From the human T2T-CHM13v2.0 reference genome, Homo sapiens, in assembly GCF_009914755.1 (NCBI RefSeq), contig NC_060925.1: DNA of 64,000 nt. The stretch is one strand, 5' to 3'. The translations under genes were made by a program, and so were the position numbers. The notes beneath the pieces are model-generated. The model did not search any database. It was not told the origin of the DNA and saw nothing but the letters and a program-made list of their open reading frames with translations. Positions 59,601 to 64,000 of this stretch are shown in pieces (the stretch's first letter is position 1; each line of letters begins with the position of its first letter).

Positions 59601-61560
59601 CTGAGTATCTTGCATAAAAACTAGAAACAAGCAATATGAGAAAATACTTTCTGATGTGTGGATTCATGTCACTGAATGGAACCTATGTTTTTATTCACCA
59701 GGTTGGAAACACTCTTTTTGTGGATTATAAAAAGGAATATTTCTGAGCCCAATGATGCCTATAATGAAGAACAGAATATCCCGTGATAAAAAACAAAAGT
59801 AAGCTATTGTGAAAACGTTTTGTGTTGTGTGGGTTCAGCTAACAGAAAAGAACCTGTGTTTTGATTTATCAGGTTGGAAACACTCTTTTTGTAGAATATA
59901 CAATGAACATTTCAGAGCCAATGTATGCTTAAAGTGAAAAAGTGAATATCCCTTGATAAAAACTAGAAACAAACTTTCTGTGAAAATGCTTTGTGATGTC
60001 TGGATTCATCACCCAGAAGGAAACCTGTGTTTTGATTCAGATGGTTGGAAACTCTCATTTTGAACAATGTACGAAAGACCATTTCTGGGCCCACTGATGC
60101 CTTTAGTGAAAAACTCAATATCTCATGCTAAAAACTAGAAACAAGCTATCTGTGAAAATGCCTTGTTGTGTGTGGATTCATCTCATAGAATGTAACCTGT
60201 GTTTTGATTAACCACCTTGGAAAAACTCATTTTGTAGAATATATGAACAGACATTTCTGAGGCCATTGAGCGTATAGTGAAAAACCCAATATCCCACGAT
60301 AAAAACTGGAAATAAGCTATCCGTGAAAATGCTTTGTGATGTGTGGATTCATTTCAAAGAATGTAATGTGTGTTTTGATTAACCACCTTTTGGAAAAACT
60401 CACTTTGTAGAATGTACGAACAGACATTTCTGAGGCCATTAAAGCCTATGGTGAAAAACTGAATATCCTGCAATAAAAACTGGAAACAAACTATCTGTGA
60501 AAATGCTTTGTGATGTGTGGATTCATTTCAAAGGATGGAACCTGTGTTTTGATTAACCAAGTTGGAAGCCCTCTTTTTGTAGAATCTACAACTGGACAAT
60601 ATTGAGCCCATTGATGCCTATAGTGAAAAACCTAATATCCCGCATAAAAACTAGAAACAAGCTATCTGTGAAAATACTTTGTGATATGTGGATTCATCTC
60701 ACAGAATGGAACTTGTGTTTTGATACAGCAGGTTGGAAACAGTCTTTTTGTAGAATTTACGAAGAGACATTTCTGAGCTCATTGAGGCCTATAGTGAAAA
60801 CCCGAATAACCTGCGATAAAAACTAGAAACAAACTATTTGTGAAAATGCTTTGAGATGTGTTGATTCATCTCCCAGAATGGAACCTGTGTTTTCATTCAC
60901 CAGGTTAGAATCATTCTCTTTGTAGAATCTATGAGGGGACATTTCTGTGTCCATTTTTGCTTATATTGGAAAACCAAATATTCTGTGATTAAAAACTAGA
61001 AACAAGCTATCTGTGGAAATGCTTTGTGATGTGTTGATTCATCTCATAGAATGGAACCTGTGTTTTGATTCACCAGGTTGGAAACACTCTGTAGAATCGA
61101 CAAAGGGACATTTCTGAGCCCACTGAAGCCTACAGTGAAAAACCGAGTATCTCTTGATAAAAAACTAAAAAGAAGCTATTTATGTAAATGCTTTGTAATG
61201 CGTGGAATCTTCTCAGAGTTTAACCTGTGATTTGATTAACAAGGTTGGAAACACTCTTTTTGTAGAATCTAAGAAGGGACATTTCTGAGATTGTTGATGC
61301 CTATGCTGAAAAACCAAATATCCCACAATTATAACTAGAAACAAGCTATCTGTGAGAATTCTTTGAGATGTGTAGATTCATCTCACAGAGTTAAACCTGT
61401 GTTTTGATTCACCAAGTTGGAATTACTCTTTTTGTAGAAACTACAAAGGAACATTTCTGAGTCCATTGAAGCCTATAGTGAAAAACTGAATATCCCATGA
61501 TTAAAACTGGAAACAAGCTATCTGTGAAAATTCTTTCTTGTGTCTGGATTCATTTTGCAC
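47707..61560 (+). repeat. Alpha satellite array, ~81 diverged ~171-bp monomers, A-type (no CENP-B box seen)
   Basis: The TAGAA motif recurs at 47712, 47883, 48053, 48224, 48396, 48566, 48738 (spacing 170-172). Conserved blocks CTTTGTGATGTGTGGATTCATCTCACAGA and TTGGAAACACTCTTTTTGTAGAAT; box region CCTATAGTGAAAAACCGAATATC. Confidence 0.96.
53580..53628. repeat. Poly(T) tract within an alpha monomer
   Basis: Read directly; it replaces the CTCTTTTTGT T-run. Confidence 0.9.
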
Positions 61561-62267
61561 GAAGATTACTTTTTTCCTGTAACCTCTGTTAGTTTCAGAC
61601 TTCACTTCTGTAGCTTCCTGATCCCTCTCATTCTTTATATGATTATGCTCTTGATTATGCTTTGGCTTAAGAGCACGTTTCAGCTAATTTGTTGTGTTTT
61701 TTGTTTTTTTTTTTGATGGATTCTTGCTCTGTTGCCAAGTCTGGAGTGCAGTGACTCACTGCAAGCTCCGCCTCCCAGGTTCACACCATTCTCCTGCCTC
61801 AGCCTCCTGAGTAGCTGGGACTACAGGCACCCACCACCATGCCCGGCTAATTTTTTGTATTTTTAGTAGAGATAGAGTTTCACTGTGTTAGCCAGGATGG
61901 TATCGATCTCCTGACCTTGTGATCCGCCCACCTCAGCCTCCCAAAGTGCTGGGATTACAGGCCTGAGCCACCGCACCCAGCTGCTAATTTGTTCTTCTAT
62001 CTAGATCACTAAAACTTTCTCCATATCAAAAATAACTTTTTTTTCTTTTATGTCATTCATGTGTTCACTGGATTAGCACCTTTAATTTCCTTCAAGAACT
62101 TTTCCTTCTTATTCACAATTTGGCTAACCTGTTGGTAAAAGAAGCCTAGTTTTCAGCCCTATCTTGTCTTTCAACTTGTTTTCTTCACTTTGCTTACTCA
62201 TGTCTAGCTTTTCATTTAAAATGAGAGATATGTGACTCTTTCTTTCACTCAAACACTTTAAGGCCAT
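61561..62267 (-). pseudogene. Tigger1 transposase pseudogene, N-terminal CENP-B-type HTH part
   Basis: ORF 62124..62384 contains MALKCLSERKSHISLILNEKLDMSKQSEE, resembling the Tigger1/TIGD1 N-terminus MASKCSSERKSRTSLTLNQKLEMIKLSEE; interrupted by AluY. Confidence 0.85.
61694..61982 (-). mobile_element. AluY inside Tigger1
   Basis: GCAAGCTCCGCC, TTCACACCATTC and GTTAGCCAGGATGG diagnostics; TSD GCTAATTTGTT at 61683-61693 and 61983-61993. Confidence 0.92.
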
Positions 62268-63158
62268 TGTGTGGTTATTTTTTGCCCTAATTTCAAAGTT
62301 GTTGTATCTCAGGGAATAGGGAGGCTGAAGGAAGAGAGACAGGGGAAGAGCCAATTGGCGAAGCAGTTGTAACACACACAACATCTATTGATTAAGTCGG
62401 TCATTTTATATGGGCACAATTTGTGATTCCCCAAAATAATTAAAATAGTAACATCGAAGGTCACTGATCACAGATTACCATATCATATATAATAATAGTG
62501 AAAAACTTGGAATATTGAGATAATTATTAAAACATGGCACAGAGACATGAAGTGAACACATGCTGTTGGAAAATGATGTTGATAGACTTGCTTGACAAAG
62601 CGTTGCCACAAACCTTCAATTTGTAAAAAGCACAATATCAGTGAATTATAATAAAGTGAGGTGCATTAAAATGAGGTGTGCCTGTATTTCTTCAAATTTT
62701 GATCTCTTTACCTGATTTCTCACACCAGTCATTATATTAAAACCCTTGCTATTATAACAAATGAGATATAATTTACTTTTGATTATTACTGTCATCTGAA
62801 AAAACATTAAGACTTAAACAAAAAGAAATAATATCAAATAGCAATTTATTAAGTTAAAAAAATTAAAAAATATTTAAAATGTACATGCATAAAGGCATTT
62901 TGCAAAGCTAATACTAGATAAAATAGACTTCAGAAAAAACTTAGGAAGTGTTCTTATTCTACAAGGGAATACTCTTCTCGATGTTTAAAAATTCTAAAAG
63001 GAACTTTGGGGTTTTAAGAATTAGTGTTAGTCTTATTCCTCTTAGGGTTTAGAATTTGGATGAATGAAGTAGGGCATTGATTCAACACCTGTGATGTTTA
63101 ATTTTGTTTTGCTGTTTAGAATTACAGCTTGCAAGACTATCCATTGAGAGATTCTTCC

Positions 63159-63379
63159 TATAGTATATCTAAAAGGCTAAATGTTTCCTCTTGTGCTGAG
63201 TGAACTAATTTCCATTACTTTCTAGTGCCTTCCTGTTGTTAATCACCTGCAGACAACCACCTGTAGACAAGCAGCACTACATTTATGAATATAATAGTCT
63301 GTATATGTACTTTTCCATTCTTCTCTCACAAAAAAGTGTTTTCCTCCTGCTGTTCAATGCATTTTGAACATGTGTTGTT
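63159..63379 (-). other. Candidate exon-like unique island with a strong splice acceptor
   Basis: Minus strand TTTTCTTTTTAACCTTTCTTTAAATTTACAG|AACAAC at 63379; possible donors CAG|GTGATT (~63246) or GAAA|GTAATG (~63219); no uninterrupted frame. Confidence 0.25.
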
Positions 63380-64000
63380 CTGTAAATTTAAAGAAAGGTT
63401 AAAAAGAAAATTAAACAAGATTCATCTGAAAGTATTGCAAGTTAGTACCATACACCTGGCACATAGTTTTTAAAACAACATAAGTTTATGGGAAGGAACT
63501 GCTTGATAAGGAGCAGAACTTAAAAAAAAAAAAAAGATGAGGAGAAGCCAGTGCATTGAAGATTAGATAAAATCTTGCAATGTGATACTGCTGGAAGAAA
63601 TGGAGAGGTAATGAGATAAGACAGAGCAAGGGAAAAACCAGGTAGAATATGGAAGAAAAAATTCCTAAGTATGAGGTCTGTTAGAGTGCTAAATATCTTT
63701 CTAAGTAACAATAGAAATTCTGTGCCCTGAATAATTTCAAAGTAGAGTAGGAAATTAGATTGAAAATATAATGTGGTGGCAAATGTTTAATGACTAAGGA
63801 GCAAGATGATAAAAGAAACAAACACACGCAAATTCAGAAAGTTGGATGATTCAAAACACAATAGTTTGAATTTACTGATTTCTTCTTATTAACAATAAAA
63901 ACATTTATGATATTTTACATTTGTAGAATGCTTTTATAAATTCTTCAAAACTTTCATCAACCAAAAAGAATGTGACTTAATTTTGTAAATATGTTGGAAA

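Larger units (their letters stand above)
45466..62684 (-). mobile_element. Tigger1 DNA transposon (both TIRs, TA TSD), interrupted by alpha satellite, two Alus and a chimeric retrocopy
   Basis: Left TA|CAGTAATACCTCAGATAT (45464), right AAAATGAGGTGTGCCTG|TA (62686). Segments 45466-45659, 45960-46391, 46861-47706, 61561-61693 and 61983-62684 are colinear with the recalled Tigger1 consensus. Confidence 0.9.

Noticed and set aside
47722-60826. Many similar short ORFs (KTRNKLSVKMLCDVWIHLTEWNLCFDSPGWKHSFCRIY) suggesting a repeat-protein family
   Set aside because: These are translations of 171-bp (57-codon) alpha monomers, broken by stops and frameshifts.
47707-61560. CRISPR-like array
   Set aside because: The whole unit repeats with no unique spacers, and the context is primate.
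46190-62384. Functional TIGD1/CENP-B-like gene
   Set aside because: The transposase has stops, frameshifts and deletions, and is split by the satellite and an AluY.
63247-63260. 14-nt microexon CTACAG|GTGGTTGTCTGCAG|GTGATT on the minus strand
   Set aside because: Weak pyrimidine tract, not frame-preserving, and explained by a short ACCTGYAGACAA direct repeat.

Overview
A primate (human-like) AT-rich window made almost entirely of interspersed and tandem repeats; I can support no intact protein-coding gene. Bases 1-45 kb are a nested stack of old L1s (L1MA/MB/MC/MD), two 5'-truncated L1PA elements in opposite orientation, a complete THE1 (MaLR) provirus, MLT1 LTRs, L2/MIR, Alus and small DNA transposons. 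The standout is 45466-62684: one Tigger1 (pogo/CENP-B-related) transposon on the minus strand, with both TIRs and TA target duplications. It is split by a ~13.85 kb, ~81-monomer, head-to-tail array of diverged alpha satellite in which I see no CENP-B box. The array sits between the transposase's HTH and DDE coding regions. The same Tigger1 also carries two Alus and a TSD-flanked insert that looks like a polyadenylated 3'UTR fused to an inverted U1 snRNA 5' end. Other oddities are a nested palindrome in the THE1 internal region, an Alu with extra 5' sequence inside its TSDs, vestigial multi-monomer duplications in the satellite, and a few unidentified exon-like islands. Subfamily calls and consensus comparisons come from memory and need RepeatMasker/Dfam confirmation.
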